Source of the DNA: an uncultured delta proteobacterium
Lineage (GTDB): Bacteria; Myxococcota_A; Polyangia; Polyangiales; Polyangiaceae
NCBI GenBank assembly: GCA_963806225.1
Contig: CAWDXG010000004.1
Location: forward strand, 3,904,001-3,968,000
Direction: 5' to 3'
DNA length: 64,000 nt
In this document: positions 39,981-50,060 of the stretch, one piece after another
Layout of the letters: each line of letters starts with the position of its first letter
How positions within the stretch are numbered: the stretch's first letter is position 1
Program-made: the position numbers and the translations under genes
Notes under the pieces: model-generated
The model's input: only the letters and a program-made list of their open reading frames with translations
Told to the model about the DNA's origin: nothing
Database searches by the model: none

Positions 39981-41138
39981 CTACCCCTGCGCGTATGCGG
40001 CCGAGAGCAGCTTCCCGATGGTCGAAAGCTGCATGTTGCTAGTGCCCTCGTAGATCTTGCCGATCTTGGCGTCGCGGTAGAGCTTCTCCACAGGGTAGTC
40101 CTTGGTGAAGCCGACGCCGCCCAGGAACTCCACGCACATGCTCGCGGTGCGCTCCGCCACCTGGGAGGAGAACAGCTTGGCCATCGCGGCTTCCTTCACG
40201 AAGCTCTGCCCAGCGTCCTTCAGCCGCGCGGCGTTGTAGACCATCAGCCGCGCCGCCTCGATCTCGGTCGCCACCTGCGCGTACTGGAACTGCAGGCCCT
40301 GGAAATCCGCGATGGCTTTGCCGAACTGCTTGCGCTCGTGCATGTAGCGCATCGCGTAGTCGAAGGCGCCCTGCGCCAGCCCCAGCATCTGCGACGCGAT
40401 GCCGATGCGCCCCTCGTTGAGCGTCTCGATGGCGATCTTGTAGCCCTTGCCGACCTCGCCCAGCACGTTCTCCGCCGGCACCTCGGCGTCTTCCAGTACC
40501 AGCTCGCAGGTGCTCGACGCGCGGATGCCGAGCTTGTCCTCCTTCTTGCCGACGGTGAAGCCCTTGGACTCCTTCTCTATCAGGAAGCCCGTGATGCCGC
40601 GGTAGCCCTTGGACGGATCCACATTCGCGAACACGATGAAGAGCGAGCTCTCGGCGCCGTTGGTGATCCACAGCTTGCGGCCGTTGAGGATCCACCTGTC
40701 GCCCTTCTTCTCCGCGCGCGTGGCGAGCGCGAAGGCGTCCGAACCGGAACCGGACTCGCTGAGCGCGTAGGAGCCGACCCATCCCTCGCACATCTTCGGC
40801 ATGTAGCGTTGCTTCTGCTCGTCTTTGGCCCAGCGCAGGATGGCGTTGTTCACCAGCGTGTTCTGCACGTCGATGAGCACGCTGATGCTCGGGTCCACCT
40901 CGGCCATCGCTTCCACTGCGAGAATGGCGTTGAAGAAGCTGCTCTCGGCGCCGCCGTATTCGGCCGGCACCTCGACGCCCATCACGCCCAGATCGAACAG
41001 TTCTGGAAGCAGCGAGCGATCCACCGCGCCGGCGCGGTCCATCTCCTCGACCAGGGGTGCGACGCGCCCGCGCGCGAAGCCGAGCACGGAGTCGCGGAAC
41101 AAGCGTTCTTCCTCGGAAAGCAGCGTCAGAGCGGTCAT
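39981..41138 (-). CDS. Acyl-CoA dehydrogenase (short/branched-chain type)
   Basis: YALSESGSGSDA, GRKLWITNG, KLGIRASST, GGVGF, YRDAKIGKIYEGTSNMQ. Confidence 0.95.
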   Translation of the reverse strand: MTALTLLSEEERLFRDSVLGFARGRVAPLVEEMDRAGAVDRSLLPELFDLGVMGVEVPAEYGGAESSFFNAILAVEAMAEVDPSISVLIDVQNTLVNNAILRWAKDEQKQRYMPKMCEGWVGSYALSESGSGSDAFALATRAEKKGDRWILNGRKLWITNGAESSLFIVFANVDPSKGYRGITGFLIEKESKGFTVGKKEDKLGIRASSTCELVLEDAEVPAENVLGEVGKGYKIAIETLNEGRIGIASQMLGLAQGAFDYAMRYMHERKQFGKAIADFQGLQFQYAQVATEIEAARLMVYNAARLKDAGQSFVKEAAMAKLFSSQVAERTASMCVEFLGGVGFTKDYPVEKLYRDAKIGKIYEGTSNMQLSTIGKLLSAAYAQG

Positions 41139-41377
41139 GGCGCCCCTTTACCACGTCCGCTCGGGAGCTCGTATGACGGGTGGAAGCATGGCAAAATACC
41201 ACAGTTTTACGCTAGAAAGCGTCGCTTTGTGACATTTTGCTACGGTTATAGCGTGGAGGCCCCGGCTGGGCGGAGGCCCAGGCTTGGGGGCTCCCGGCGC
41301 GCGCAGGCCGGAGGCCGAGCACGGCGGGACGTGCCTCGACGCACTGCAGGGGGGCACCCCATCCCCGGCGCGCTAGG

Positions 41378-41785
41378 ATGATCTCTGTCATGACACGGAG
41401 CGCGTTCTGGTTCGTCTTCTGCTTCCTCGCTCTCATGGGCATCGGTTGCGCCGGCCCACACCTGAAGTCGTTGACCGTTGATCAGGTCGCCGCGCGCATC
41501 GCCGCGCACGACAGCAGCACGCACATCTACGACAACAACCCGAAGGATGTGTACGACAGCGGGCACCTACCCGGGGCAGAGTGGGTCAAGTACGATGCCG
41601 TCACGGCTGCGGATCTGCCCTCAGATCACGGCGCAATGCTGATCTTCTACTGCGCCAGCAAGGCTTGACACGCCTGCCACACCGCCGCGGTCGCGGCGGA
41701 GAAGCTCGGCTATACCAATGTGTACATCATGCCTGCTGGCATCAAAGGCTGGAAAGCGGCAGGCAGGCCCGTGCAGAGGTCGTAG
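41378..41785 (+). CDS. Rhodanese-like lipoprotein, probable selenoprotein (TGA 41666-41668 = Sec)
   Basis: GHLPGA and LIFYC motifs; the frame continues past TGA as HACHTAAVAAEKLGYTNVYIMPAGIKGWKAAGRPVQRS*, the standard rhodanese C-terminus. Confidence 0.85.
41666..41699 (+). promoter_or_regulatory. Bacterial SECIS-like hairpin
   Basis: UGA, 13 nt, then CCGCCGC-GGUC-GCGGCGG; the loop G lies 21 nt after the UGA. Confidence 0.7.
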
Positions 41786-41894
41786 GTCACGTATGTTCAG
41801 CTCGGCGCGAGCGGCAGAAATGCGTGTTTACAAGTTCACCAACCGCTCGCGCTGCCCTAGACTGTAACCAGGATTCCGCCCCCCTTTTTTTGCA

Positions 41895-43352
41895 ATGCAT
41901 AGATGCAAACGTAATGGGGCCGCGCGTGGAACCGGGAAGCGCCGAACCCGGCGTTTGGACCTGTTCCGTTCGCTGCTCGTAGGCGCTGCCGCTGTCGCGG
42001 TCGCATGCAGTGTTTTCGAGCCGCCCAGCGGCGCCACCGGCGATGGAGGCCCCGACGCTTCCACAGGCGGCACGGCAGGAACGGCAGGCGCCGACGCTTC
42101 CGCCGGGAAGGGCGGCGTAGCGGGAACCGGCGGCACCGGGACGACCGGACCGTGGTGGCCGCACCAGGCGGCCAACGGCTGCCAGAGCGAAGGCGTGCCG
42201 ACGAGCAAGGATCGACCGTCACAATCCGGTTCGGGCTCGGACGAGACGATCACGCTGGCCATCTCGCGCATGCGCTTCGGCAATGCGAAGGACGACCCGC
42301 AGCTCAGCGAGGACGGAACCGCCTGGCAGAACATCGGCTTCGATCTCGACGGCAGCTGCACGGGCAGCGCGACCTGCGTGGTCGACGGCGGCAAGGTGAA
42401 GGAACAAGCCTGCAAGAACAGCACGCTTCTGCCCTTCGACGGAAACGACTGCCGCGACAACCAGATCGGAGCGCTGTTCCCCATCGCGGCCCTGTCGCCG
42501 CAGGTGGGAGATCTGTTCGGGATCTCGGAGCTGGACTGGAACTGTTCGTTGTGGCGGGGCGAGTTCAGCGTGATCCTCAAGGTCAGCGGGTACAACGGGC
42601 AGCCGAACGACGACTCGGTGCGCCTCGATGTCTATACGTCGATCGGGCTGCAGGGGCTGCCCAGCTGGACGTGCACGAGCGGTACGAACGGGGGCGTGCC
42701 CGACAACTGGTACAAGCAGGCCCAGTGGCTCAAGACCAAGCACTGGACCGTCGCCAAGCGTTCCATCGCGCTGAACGCCGGCGACGCAGGCACGGAGCTG
42801 CCGAACTCGAAGGACGCCGACCCGGCCGCGTTCGTCAGGAATGGTTACCTCTTCGCCAGTCTGCCCTCCGGCACGGAGATCTGGCTGGACGGCGAGCGCG
42901 GCCACGTCCCAGGTTTCCGCATCCTGCTGCACCGCGCTCTGCTGGTCGGCAAGCTCTTCTTGCGGCCGAACAACACCTGGAAGATCTCCGACGGCACCAT
43001 CGGCGGCGTCGTGCTGCCCTCGGAGATCCTCAGCTCGTTCAGGGAGCTCGGGTTCTGCGAGAACATGTGCTCCGACTACGACAACGTCAAGGGGTACCTG
43101 AACACCAACCAGGACACGCTCTCGAACACCGACGCCAAGCTACCGAACACACCGTGCGACAGCCTGTCGGTCGGCATCGCTTTCGAGGCGCTCGAAGCGA
43201 CGGCTGACGCGAGTGACCTCGTCACCGTCCAGAAACCCGTGGACTGCCCCCAGCCGCGGAACCCCAACGCGCCGCGGCAGGGCTGTGTGTGTCCCGACCC
43301 GACGGTCGGCGGGCCCTGCGTGATGCCGGAAGGAGGCGTCGATGGCGGATAA
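41895..43352 (+). CDS. Cys-rich lipoprotein, hypothetical (myxobacterial kinase-cassette type)
   Basis: Lipobox AVA-C; Gly-rich linker; GFDLDGSCT, DCRDN, CDSLSVGIAF. Start uncertain (TTG 41955 possible). Confidence 0.7.
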   Translation: MHRCKRNGAARGTGKRRTRRLDLFRSLLVGAAAVAVACSVFEPPSGATGDGGPDASTGGTAGTAGADASAGKGGVAGTGGTGTTGPWWPHQAANGCQSEGVPTSKDRPSQSGSGSDETITLAISRMRFGNAKDDPQLSEDGTAWQNIGFDLDGSCTGSATCVVDGGKVKEQACKNSTLLPFDGNDCRDNQIGALFPIAALSPQVGDLFGISELDWNCSLWRGEFSVILKVSGYNGQPNDDSVRLDVYTSIGLQGLPSWTCTSGTNGGVPDNWYKQAQWLKTKHWTVAKRSIALNAGDAGTELPNSKDADPAAFVRNGYLFASLPSGTEIWLDGERGHVPGFRILLHRALLVGKLFLRPNNTWKISDGTIGGVVLPSEILSSFRELGFCENMCSDYDNVKGYLNTNQDTLSNTDAKLPNTPCDSLSVGIAFEALEATADASDLVTVQKPVDCPQPRNPNAPRQGCVCPDPTVGGPCVMPEGGVDGG

Positions 43353-44346
43353 TGGAACGCGGACGCTGAGGCGCGCGGCAGGCGGCGCGCTGGTCGCGGC
43401 GGCGCTGTTGTTCGCGGGCGGCGCGCACGCACAGGGAGACAAGAGCGACGTAGCCGCGGCGGCCAACGCCTTCTCGCGTGCCCAGCGCGCCGCGCTCAAA
43501 GGCGATTACGCGCGCGCCGCGGAGCTGTTCGATCTGGCCGACAGCCTTGCGCCAAGCCCGGTAGCCGTGCGCAGCGCAGTCAGCGCGCGGCAGGCCGCGG
43601 GACAGCTGGCGCTGGCAGCCGGGGAGGCCGAGGAGCTCAAGCGCCGCTATCCCGACGACAAGAAGTCCGCGCAGCTCGCCGACCAGATCATCAGCGAGGC
43701 GAAGAAGAAACTGGCGCGCCAGCAGGTCACCTGCGAACCCGTCGACTGCCAGTTGGTGGTCGACGGCGCGGCAGCCAGCACGGAGGCGAAGCGCGAGCAC
43801 GTCGTCTACCTGGAACCGGGAGAGCACAGCCTGGTGGCGGTCTTCGGCGACCGGCGGACCGCGCCGGACAAGGTCACCGAGAAGGCTGGTGAACACGCCA
43901 AGATCACCTTCCACCAGCCTCCGCCCCCGCCCACGAAGCCGACGCCGAGCGTGCTTCCGCCCAGCTCTGGCCAGACACCGCCGAGACATGACCAGGGCGC
44001 AGGTCACAAGCCGGCATCGGGCGGGCTGTCGCCCTGGTACTTCGGCACCGGTGCCGTGATCACGGCTGCACTGGGCGGCGTCAGCATCTGGTCCGGGCTG
44101 GACACGCTCAAGGCGCACGACAAGTACAAGCAACACGAGACCGAGGCGGGCTATCAGGATGGGCTCAGCCGCGAGCGGCGCTCGAACATCCTGTTCGCGG
44201 CGACAGGCGTCGCAGCCGCAGCCACGGTGACGCTGGCGCTGTTCACCGACTTCAGCGGAAGCTCCCCGGACAAGGACAAGGGCGTCGCCACCAGCGTTGC
44301 GGCGTCGCCGGACGGGGCAAAGCTCTTCGTGCAGGGAAGGTTCTGA
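43342..44346 (+). CDS. Secreted TPR + PEGA-like protein with C-terminal membrane/beta segment
   Basis: Signal peptide; AFSRAQRAALKGDYARAAELF TPR; LVVDG...LEPGEHSL PEGA-like motif; ends VQGRF. Confidence 0.65.
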   Translation: MADNGTRTLRRAAGGALVAAALLFAGGAHAQGDKSDVAAAANAFSRAQRAALKGDYARAAELFDLADSLAPSPVAVRSAVSARQAAGQLALAAGEAEELKRRYPDDKKSAQLADQIISEAKKKLARQQVTCEPVDCQLVVDGAAASTEAKREHVVYLEPGEHSLVAVFGDRRTAPDKVTEKAGEHAKITFHQPPPPPTKPTPSVLPPSSGQTPPRHDQGAGHKPASGGLSPWYFGTGAVITAALGGVSIWSGLDTLKAHDKYKQHETEAGYQDGLSRERRSNILFAATGVAAAATVTLALFTDFSGSSPDKDKGVATSVAASPDGAKLFVQGRF

Positions 44347-45944
44347 TGTCGGACTGGCCCGCGGGCGCACCGCGCCGACTGGGCCGCTACGAGGTCGTGG
44401 CCGAGATTGCCCGCGGCGGAATGGGCACCGTCTATCTGGCGCGGCGCGCCGGCGAGGCGGGCTTCCAGAGGCTGTTCGCCATCAAGCTGATGCATCCGCA
44501 TCTGGAAGAGGACCACCATTTCGTCGACATGCTGCTCGACGAAGCGCGCATCGCGGCGCGCATCCACCACCCGAACGTGGTGGCCATCCTCGACCTCGGG
44601 CTGGAGGAGGGGCGCCACTTCGTGGTGCTGGAGTACGTCGATGGAGCCGCGTTCTCCGTCTTGCTCATGCGCAGCAAGGAAGCGCGCCCGCCGCAGCTGA
44701 TCGTGCCGATCATGATCGACACGCTGGAGGGTCTTTCGGCGGCCCACTCGCTCACCGACGACGACGGCCTGCCGCTGCATCTGGTCCATCGCGACGTCTC
44801 GCCGCAGAACATTCTCGTCGGCGCCGACGGGATCGGGCGCATCACGGACTTCGGCATCGCGAAAGCCGAGGCGCGGATTACCAGCACCCGACCCGGGATG
44901 CGAAAAGGCAAGATCCACTACATGGCGCCGGAACAGCTGATCGAGGACGGCGACAACATCGATCTGCGTGCGGACGTGTTCGCGGCGGGCGCCGTCCTGT
45001 GGGGCTCGCTGACGGGCCGGTCGCTGTTCCGCGGACAGAACGACGCCGCCACGGTCCACAACGTGCTGAGCAAGGAGGTCCCGCCGCCGAGCACGGTCGG
45101 GTTCCACCCGCCCGCCGCGTTCGACGCGGTGTGCCTGCGCGCGCTCGAACGAGACCCCGAAAAGCGCTTCCAGAGCGCCCTGGAAATGGCGGACGCGCTG
45201 CGCAGAGCTGCAGCCGCGCACGGTCTGGTCAGCTCGCACTCGGCCATCGCTTCGTGGGTCGGCGAGACCCTCGGCGACGAGCTCGAGGCCCGACGGCAGG
45301 CCATCCGGACGGTCGCGTCGCCCTCGCAGGGCTTCGGAAGCATGGAGTCGTTGCCGGAGCTGCCCACGCTCGGGCCGGTGTCCGCCGGGTCACTCAGCCC
45401 CACCTACCCGAACGCCGCCGCGAGCCTCGAGGTGCCGACCCGGCCAGCCACTCCGGTGTCGCAGACGCAGCCGACGGCCACCATCCACTCGCTCAACGTC
45501 GAACCCATGCCCGGCCTGCGCGCAGGCCGTCGGCGCGCGCTGATCGTCGGTGGGGCGCTGCTCGTCCCGCTCCTGATCGGCGCGACGTGGCTGGCCACGC
45601 GCTCGTCGGACCAGGAGCGCAGCGCGGCCCAGACTTCGAGCAGCGCCACTCTCCAGACAGCCCCCCCGGAGCCCGCGCCGAAAGCGAGCGAGAACGCCGA
45701 GCCGCCCGCGCCCGCCAGCGCTGCCGAGTCATCGGCACCGGTCGAGTCGACGACCGAGCCGGCACACAAGCCCCGGCACGTCGCGCGGTTGCACCGGCAC
45801 GCGAAGCCGACGACCCAGAAGACCACGCTCGCTGCCAGCGCGGCCCCGAAGCCGTCTAGCGCGCCCCCGCCCGCTACCGCAAAGCCGCCGTCGAACACGG
45901 GCACCGGCGTCCCGTTCGAGAACAACCCCTACCTGCGCAAGTAG
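44346..45944 (+). CDS. Serine/threonine protein kinase (Pkn2 type), single TM
   Basis: IARGGMGTVY, AIK, HRDVSPQN, DFG, YMAPE, DVFAAG. Confidence 0.96.
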   Translation: MSDWPAGAPRRLGRYEVVAEIARGGMGTVYLARRAGEAGFQRLFAIKLMHPHLEEDHHFVDMLLDEARIAARIHHPNVVAILDLGLEEGRHFVVLEYVDGAAFSVLLMRSKEARPPQLIVPIMIDTLEGLSAAHSLTDDDGLPLHLVHRDVSPQNILVGADGIGRITDFGIAKAEARITSTRPGMRKGKIHYMAPEQLIEDGDNIDLRADVFAAGAVLWGSLTGRSLFRGQNDAATVHNVLSKEVPPPSTVGFHPPAAFDAVCLRALERDPEKRFQSALEMADALRRAAAAHGLVSSHSAIASWVGETLGDELEARRQAIRTVASPSQGFGSMESLPELPTLGPVSAGSLSPTYPNAAASLEVPTRPATPVSQTQPTATIHSLNVEPMPGLRAGRRRALIVGGALLVPLLIGATWLATRSSDQERSAAQTSSSATLQTAPPEPAPKASENAEPPAPASAAESSAPVESTTEPAHKPRHVARLHRHAKPTTQKTTLAASAAPKPSSAPPPATAKPPSNTGTGVPFENNPYLRK

Positions 45945-46018
45945 GCGAAGAGCGCCGGCGTCCGGGGTCCCGGCGGATCCCTGCGTGACGCCGGCCGACA
46001 ACGTGCTACTGGCGTCGC

Positions 46019-47149
46019 GTGGCCGGAAATAGTCTTGGACAGCTGTTCCGCATCACCACGGCGGGCGAGTCGCACGGCCCGGGAAACGTCGTGATCGTGG
46101 ACGGCTGTCCGCCCGGCCTCGAGCTATCGTCGGCCGACCTTGTCGGCGACCTGGCGCGGCGCCGGCCCGGGCAGAGCCGCATCGTGACGCAGCGGCAGGA
46201 GGCGGACGAGGCGGAAATCCTGTCGGGCGTGTTCGAGGGCCGCACGACGGGCACGCCGATCGCGATCCTGATCCGGAACGTCGACCAGAAGTCCGGCGAC
46301 TACTCGGATATCAAGGACAAGTACCGCCCCGGGCACGCCGACTACAGCTACGACGCGAAGTACGGGTTCCGCGACTATCGCGGCGGAGGGCGGGCGAGCG
46401 CGCGCGAAACGGTCGCGCGGGTAGCAGCCGGCGTCGTCGCGAAGAAGCTCGTTGCCGCGGCCTTTGGCGGACGCGTGGTCGGCTACGTAAAGCAGGTGGG
46501 CGATATCGTGGCGAGCGTGCCCGAGCCGGCCGACGTGACGCTGGACGACGTGGAAGCGCTTTCCGATGGAGCGCCAAACATCGTGCGCTGTCCCGATCAC
46601 GAAACGGCAGCCCGGATGGTCAAGCTCATCGAACGCATGCGGAAGGACCAGGACTCGATCGGGGGCGTGGCGGAGATCGTCGCAACGGGTGTGCCCGCCG
46701 GGCTCGGCGAGCCGGTGTTCGACAAGCTCAAGGCCGACCTCGGCAAGGCGCTGCTCAGCATCCCGGCAGTACTCGGCGTCGAGTACGGCGTGGGCTTCGG
46801 CTGCGCCACGCTGCGCGGCAGCCAGAACAACGACCTCTTCACGACCGACGGCGAGGGCGACGAGCGCCGCATCGTCACCGGGACCAACCGTCACGGCGGC
46901 ATGCTGGGCGGCATCAGCTCGGGGATGCCCGTCGTGCTGCGCGCGGCGGTGAAGCCGACGAGCAGCCTGCCTCGCGAACAGGCCACGGTGACGCGGGCGG
47001 GCGCGCCAACCAGCATCCGCACCGGCGGCCGCCATGACCCGTGTCTCCTGCCGCGTTTCGTGCCGATCGCCGAGGCCATGGTCGCGCTGGTGCTGGCGGA
47101 CCACTGGCTGCGCTGGGCGGCAGAAGGCCGCGCCGTCGGCGGCACCTAG
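46019..47149 (+). CDS. aroC: Chorismate synthase
   Basis: GESHG, RRRPGQS, RPGHAD, RGGGRASARET, GGISSG, KPTSS, RHDPC. Confidence 0.97.
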   Translation: MAGNSLGQLFRITTAGESHGPGNVVIVDGCPPGLELSSADLVGDLARRRPGQSRIVTQRQEADEAEILSGVFEGRTTGTPIAILIRNVDQKSGDYSDIKDKYRPGHADYSYDAKYGFRDYRGGGRASARETVARVAAGVVAKKLVAAAFGGRVVGYVKQVGDIVASVPEPADVTLDDVEALSDGAPNIVRCPDHETAARMVKLIERMRKDQDSIGGVAEIVATGVPAGLGEPVFDKLKADLGKALLSIPAVLGVEYGVGFGCATLRGSQNNDLFTTDGEGDERRIVTGTNRHGGMLGGISSGMPVVLRAAVKPTSSLPREQATVTRAGAPTSIRTGGRHDPCLLPRFVPIAEAMVALVLADHWLRWAAEGRAVGGT

Positions 47150-48306
47150 CCGCGCGCTCGGGACACCGCCCGCGGATCGGGACCGGGCTCGGTGGCGAAG
47201 CGCCGCACCAGAGCGCGCGACCACTGGCTCGCCGCGTAGCCGAACACGGAAGCGCCGCCCAGCAGCATGACCGGGAGCATCCAGAACGGACGACCCGCTG
47301 CCGCCAGGAGCAGCGCCAGCATCACGAAGCTGTCGCGGCGCAGGAGGGTGCGACCGAGCCGGATCAATCCGGACAGCGGCGAACCGCTGGCGGGTTCCGT
47401 CACGAGCATCACGTCCCCGCGACCCGTGCCGTAGAGCCGGCTGTAGAGGAACACCAGGTAGGCGGCCCACAGAGCGAGGCCCGCAGCGCCCAGCGCTGCG
47501 AGCAGCGCGTGTCCTCGGTGCGCGGCAACCCACGCGAGCGCCGTGAAGTAGGCGAAGTTCGAGAAGTTGTCTCCCGCCGAGTCGAGCAGCTCGCCGAGAC
47601 GACTCTGCTGCCAGCGAACGCGGGCGAGCTCGCCGTCGACGCCGTCGAGGATGGAGTTGAGCTGGAACACGGCGGCCCCCGCCAGCACCCAGCCGTAGCT
47701 CCCGCCGAGAACAAGCAGCGCGGCCAGGGCGCCGAGCGCGATGCAGAGCACGGAGACGTGGTTCGGATGGACCCGCGTCGCGACCAACCGGCGGCTCAAC
47801 CACAGGCTCACGTGGCGATTGATGTTCCTGGAGACGATCCCGTCGATCGGCTTGCGGCACGATTCGAACAGCCGACGCGTTGCGAGTCGCGCTTCGGCGT
47901 CGTCGAGAGCGGGCTGGTAGAGCAGGCCCTGCGCGGAGCGTTCCTCGATGGGTATGCCGAGGCGGCAGAGCCCGGCAACCACCTCTTCCGGCTGCGTCGC
48001 GCCGGTGAGCTCGAGCTGCCGCGCAGCGGACGCGTGGACCCGGACTGCGCCGCCGGCTCGACAGGCTCCGCCCACCGGGGGGTCGCCGAGCGCGGCACCG
48101 GTACGCCGGTCGTACACGGTCGACGCCGAAACGAACAGCAGATCCGCATCGCGGCGCATAGGGAGGGCATCACCGGGCGCCATCACGACGACGTCACTGG
48201 CGCCCCAGCTCCGCACGGTCAGCATGCAGCGGCGGAGCAGATCGAGCCCGGCCACCTGCCGCAGTGGATCGGTACCGGGCGCGATCAGGATCACCGCGCG
48301 CAGCAT
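47146..48306 (-). CDS. CDP-alcohol phosphatidyltransferase with degenerate N-terminal NTP-transferase-like domain
   Basis: DGIVSRNINRHVS, PNHVS, DGVDGELAR-x8-GELLDSAGD signature. Confidence 0.85.
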   Translation of the reverse strand: MLRAVILIAPGTDPLRQVAGLDLLRRCMLTVRSWGASDVVVMAPGDALPMRRDADLLFVSASTVYDRRTGAALGDPPVGGACRAGGAVRVHASAARQLELTGATQPEEVVAGLCRLGIPIEERSAQGLLYQPALDDAEARLATRRLFESCRKPIDGIVSRNINRHVSLWLSRRLVATRVHPNHVSVLCIALGALAALLVLGGSYGWVLAGAAVFQLNSILDGVDGELARVRWQQSRLGELLDSAGDNFSNFAYFTALAWVAAHRGHALLAALGAAGLALWAAYLVFLYSRLYGTGRGDVMLVTEPASGSPLSGLIRLGRTLLRRDSFVMLALLLAAAGRPFWMLPVMLLGGASVFGYAASQWSRALVRRFATEPGPDPRAVSRARG

Positions 48307-49199
48307 CAGCTTCCCCCCATCCGGCGCCAGGCCCGCGTCCAGCCCGCCAGTGCGAAGACCATCACTGCGTTCGAACCGAACAGGATGACAGCGGCCATCA
48401 CTTCCAGGGCGAGCCCGGGGTCGATCGCGGACAAGAGCGTGGTCGTGTAGATGACGACCAGGTGGCTCCCGAGCCCGATGAAACCGGTCAGGCGCATGGG
48501 CAAGGCGAGCTCGCGCCGCGCGAGGTGGCGGTCTACCCGTGCGGCTGCGCGTGGAGCGGTCGTGCCCGCGGCGATACCGCCGTAGACCGTGCGGTAGACG
48601 GCATCCAACGCGCGCTCGACTCTGCCCGTGGGGCCGGGCGTCGCGGCACGGGCCGGACCGACGGCGCGCAGATAGCGATTCTTCGCGTCGTCGTAGAGCG
48701 CACAGTGCACCAGGATCGTGGGCAGGATGAGGACGCACGCCGGCCACGCCCACCAGGCGTGGACCTGCCCGCACAACGTGTGCGACACGCCGTACCACAC
48801 GGAAATGCCGACCACGGTGTCCACGAATCCGTCGAGGAGCATGCCGAACCGGCTGCCACCGCCGGTGAGGCGCGCGAGCATGCCGTCCGCGCAGTCGAGG
48901 ATGACCGACGCGAAAAGGAGCAACGCGCCGGCCAGTGTGAATGCCGTCCCGCCTTCGAGCGCGTGGTAGTAGCACGCCGCGGCGGCAAGCCCCGCCACGC
49001 CGGACAGCAGCGTGATCAGGTTCGGCGTGACGGGCAGCTCCAGATGCTCGAGCGGCCGGATCAGCGAAAACGCGATGGGGCGGTGGACCCAGCGGTTGAT
49101 CGGTTCCTCGACCGCAGGGTCCTTGAGAGCCTGGGCAAGGGTCCATCCTTGCGTCGGGCGCGAGAGCTTTGGGACCTCGCCGGTGAGGGGCGCGGGCAC
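48306..49199 (-). CDS. CDP-alcohol phosphatidyltransferase family protein
   Basis: TPNLIT, DCADGMLAR-x8-GMLLDGFVD; GTG start inferred. Confidence 0.85.
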   Translation of the reverse strand: MPAPLTGEVPKLSRPTQGWTLAQALKDPAVEEPINRWVHRPIAFSLIRPLEHLELPVTPNLITLLSGVAGLAAAACYYHALEGGTAFTLAGALLLFASVILDCADGMLARLTGGGSRFGMLLDGFVDTVVGISVWYGVSHTLCGQVHAWWAWPACVLILPTILVHCALYDDAKNRYLRAVGPARAATPGPTGRVERALDAVYRTVYGGIAAGTTAPRAAARVDRHLARRELALPMRLTGFIGLGSHLVVIYTTTLLSAIDPGLALEVMAAVILFGSNAVMVFALAGWTRAWRRMGGS

Positions 49200-49200
49200 T

Positions 49201-49974
49201 TCAGCTCCCCGTGGCCCGGAAAGGCTCTGGCGAGAGCGCCTTCGCCCGCGCCAGGTCGTGGGCGTCGTCGATCTCGGCCCAGGTGCCGGGCGGGACGTCG
49301 ACCGCCGCGGGACGCACCCCGTGCGCAGCCAGATCGTCGAGCGCCGCTTCGTAGAACGCCTGGACGTCGCCCGCTGTCGCGCGCGTGACGACCGCGTCGA
49401 GAAAGCGCGCTCCCCCGTTGGCATCGAAACGATACGCACCGATGGACTCGCCGGAGGATGCAGCGATCGGAAGCTTCTTGCCGAGACGGCAGACTCGACC
49501 GCGACTGTCGAGGATCACCTTCATCGCCTCGGGGTCGAGGCGCACCGAGCGGTCGACGAGCATCGCAGTTTGATGCGGGCGCCGGATCAGTGGGTCGAGT
49601 GCGTGCGGCTGGATCCACAAGTCGCCGTTCAGGAGCAGAAACGGCTCGCCCCTGAGCTTGTGTGCGGCCATCGCCACCGAAGCCAGCGTGTTCGTGCTCC
49701 GGTACTCCGGATTCACCACCCACTCGAGCGAACGGGGCGAGAGCTTGTAGGCGGGGACTTCGGCCTGGATCAAGTCGCGGCGATAGCCGACGACGATCAC
49801 CCATTCGTCGACCCCGAGAGAGCGGAGCCCGTATAGAAGCTGACGCAGCAGCGGCCACCCGTCTATCTCGAGCAGGCACTTGGGTCGCGTTGCGGTGAGC
49901 GGCATGAGCCGGCGGCCCATTCCTGCGGCGAGGATGAGCGCACGACGAACGGGACTGGATGCAGGAGTGATCAT
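49201..49974 (-). CDS. Phosphocholine/sugar-phosphate cytidylyltransferase family (LicC/IPCT-like)
   Basis: ALILAAGMGRRL, PKCLL, NPEYRSTNT, LNGD, EAMKV, GESIG, WAEIDDAHDL. Confidence 0.88.
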   Translation of the reverse strand: MITPASSPVRRALILAAGMGRRLMPLTATRPKCLLEIDGWPLLRQLLYGLRSLGVDEWVIVVGYRRDLIQAEVPAYKLSPRSLEWVVNPEYRSTNTLASVAMAAHKLRGEPFLLLNGDLWIQPHALDPLIRRPHQTAMLVDRSVRLDPEAMKVILDSRGRVCRLGKKLPIAASSGESIGAYRFDANGGARFLDAVVTRATAGDVQAFYEAALDDLAAHGVRPAAVDVPPGTWAEIDDAHDLARAKALSPEPFRATGS

Positions 49975-50060
49975 GGACGAAGCTCCGTCGAAGAGAAGCC
50001 CGCCGGCGCGTCTCGCACTGCTGTCGACACGCTGCTCCGCGGGATGCTGCCGGGGAGCAG

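Noticed and set aside
41255..41295. Structured ncRNA/riboswitch upstream of the rhodanese (CTGGGC-GGAG-GCCCAG hairpin)
   Set aside because: Short GC stems are expected by chance at this GC content, and I recognise no family consensus.
41378..41668. Truncated rhodanese pseudogene
   Set aside because: The downstream frame is intact and a SECIS-like hairpin follows the TGA, so Sec recoding fits better.
45954..45995. Intrinsic terminator after the kinase (GCCGGCGTC...GACGCCGGC)
   Set aside because: The stem is present, but it has a long loop and no U-tract, so no function can be assigned.
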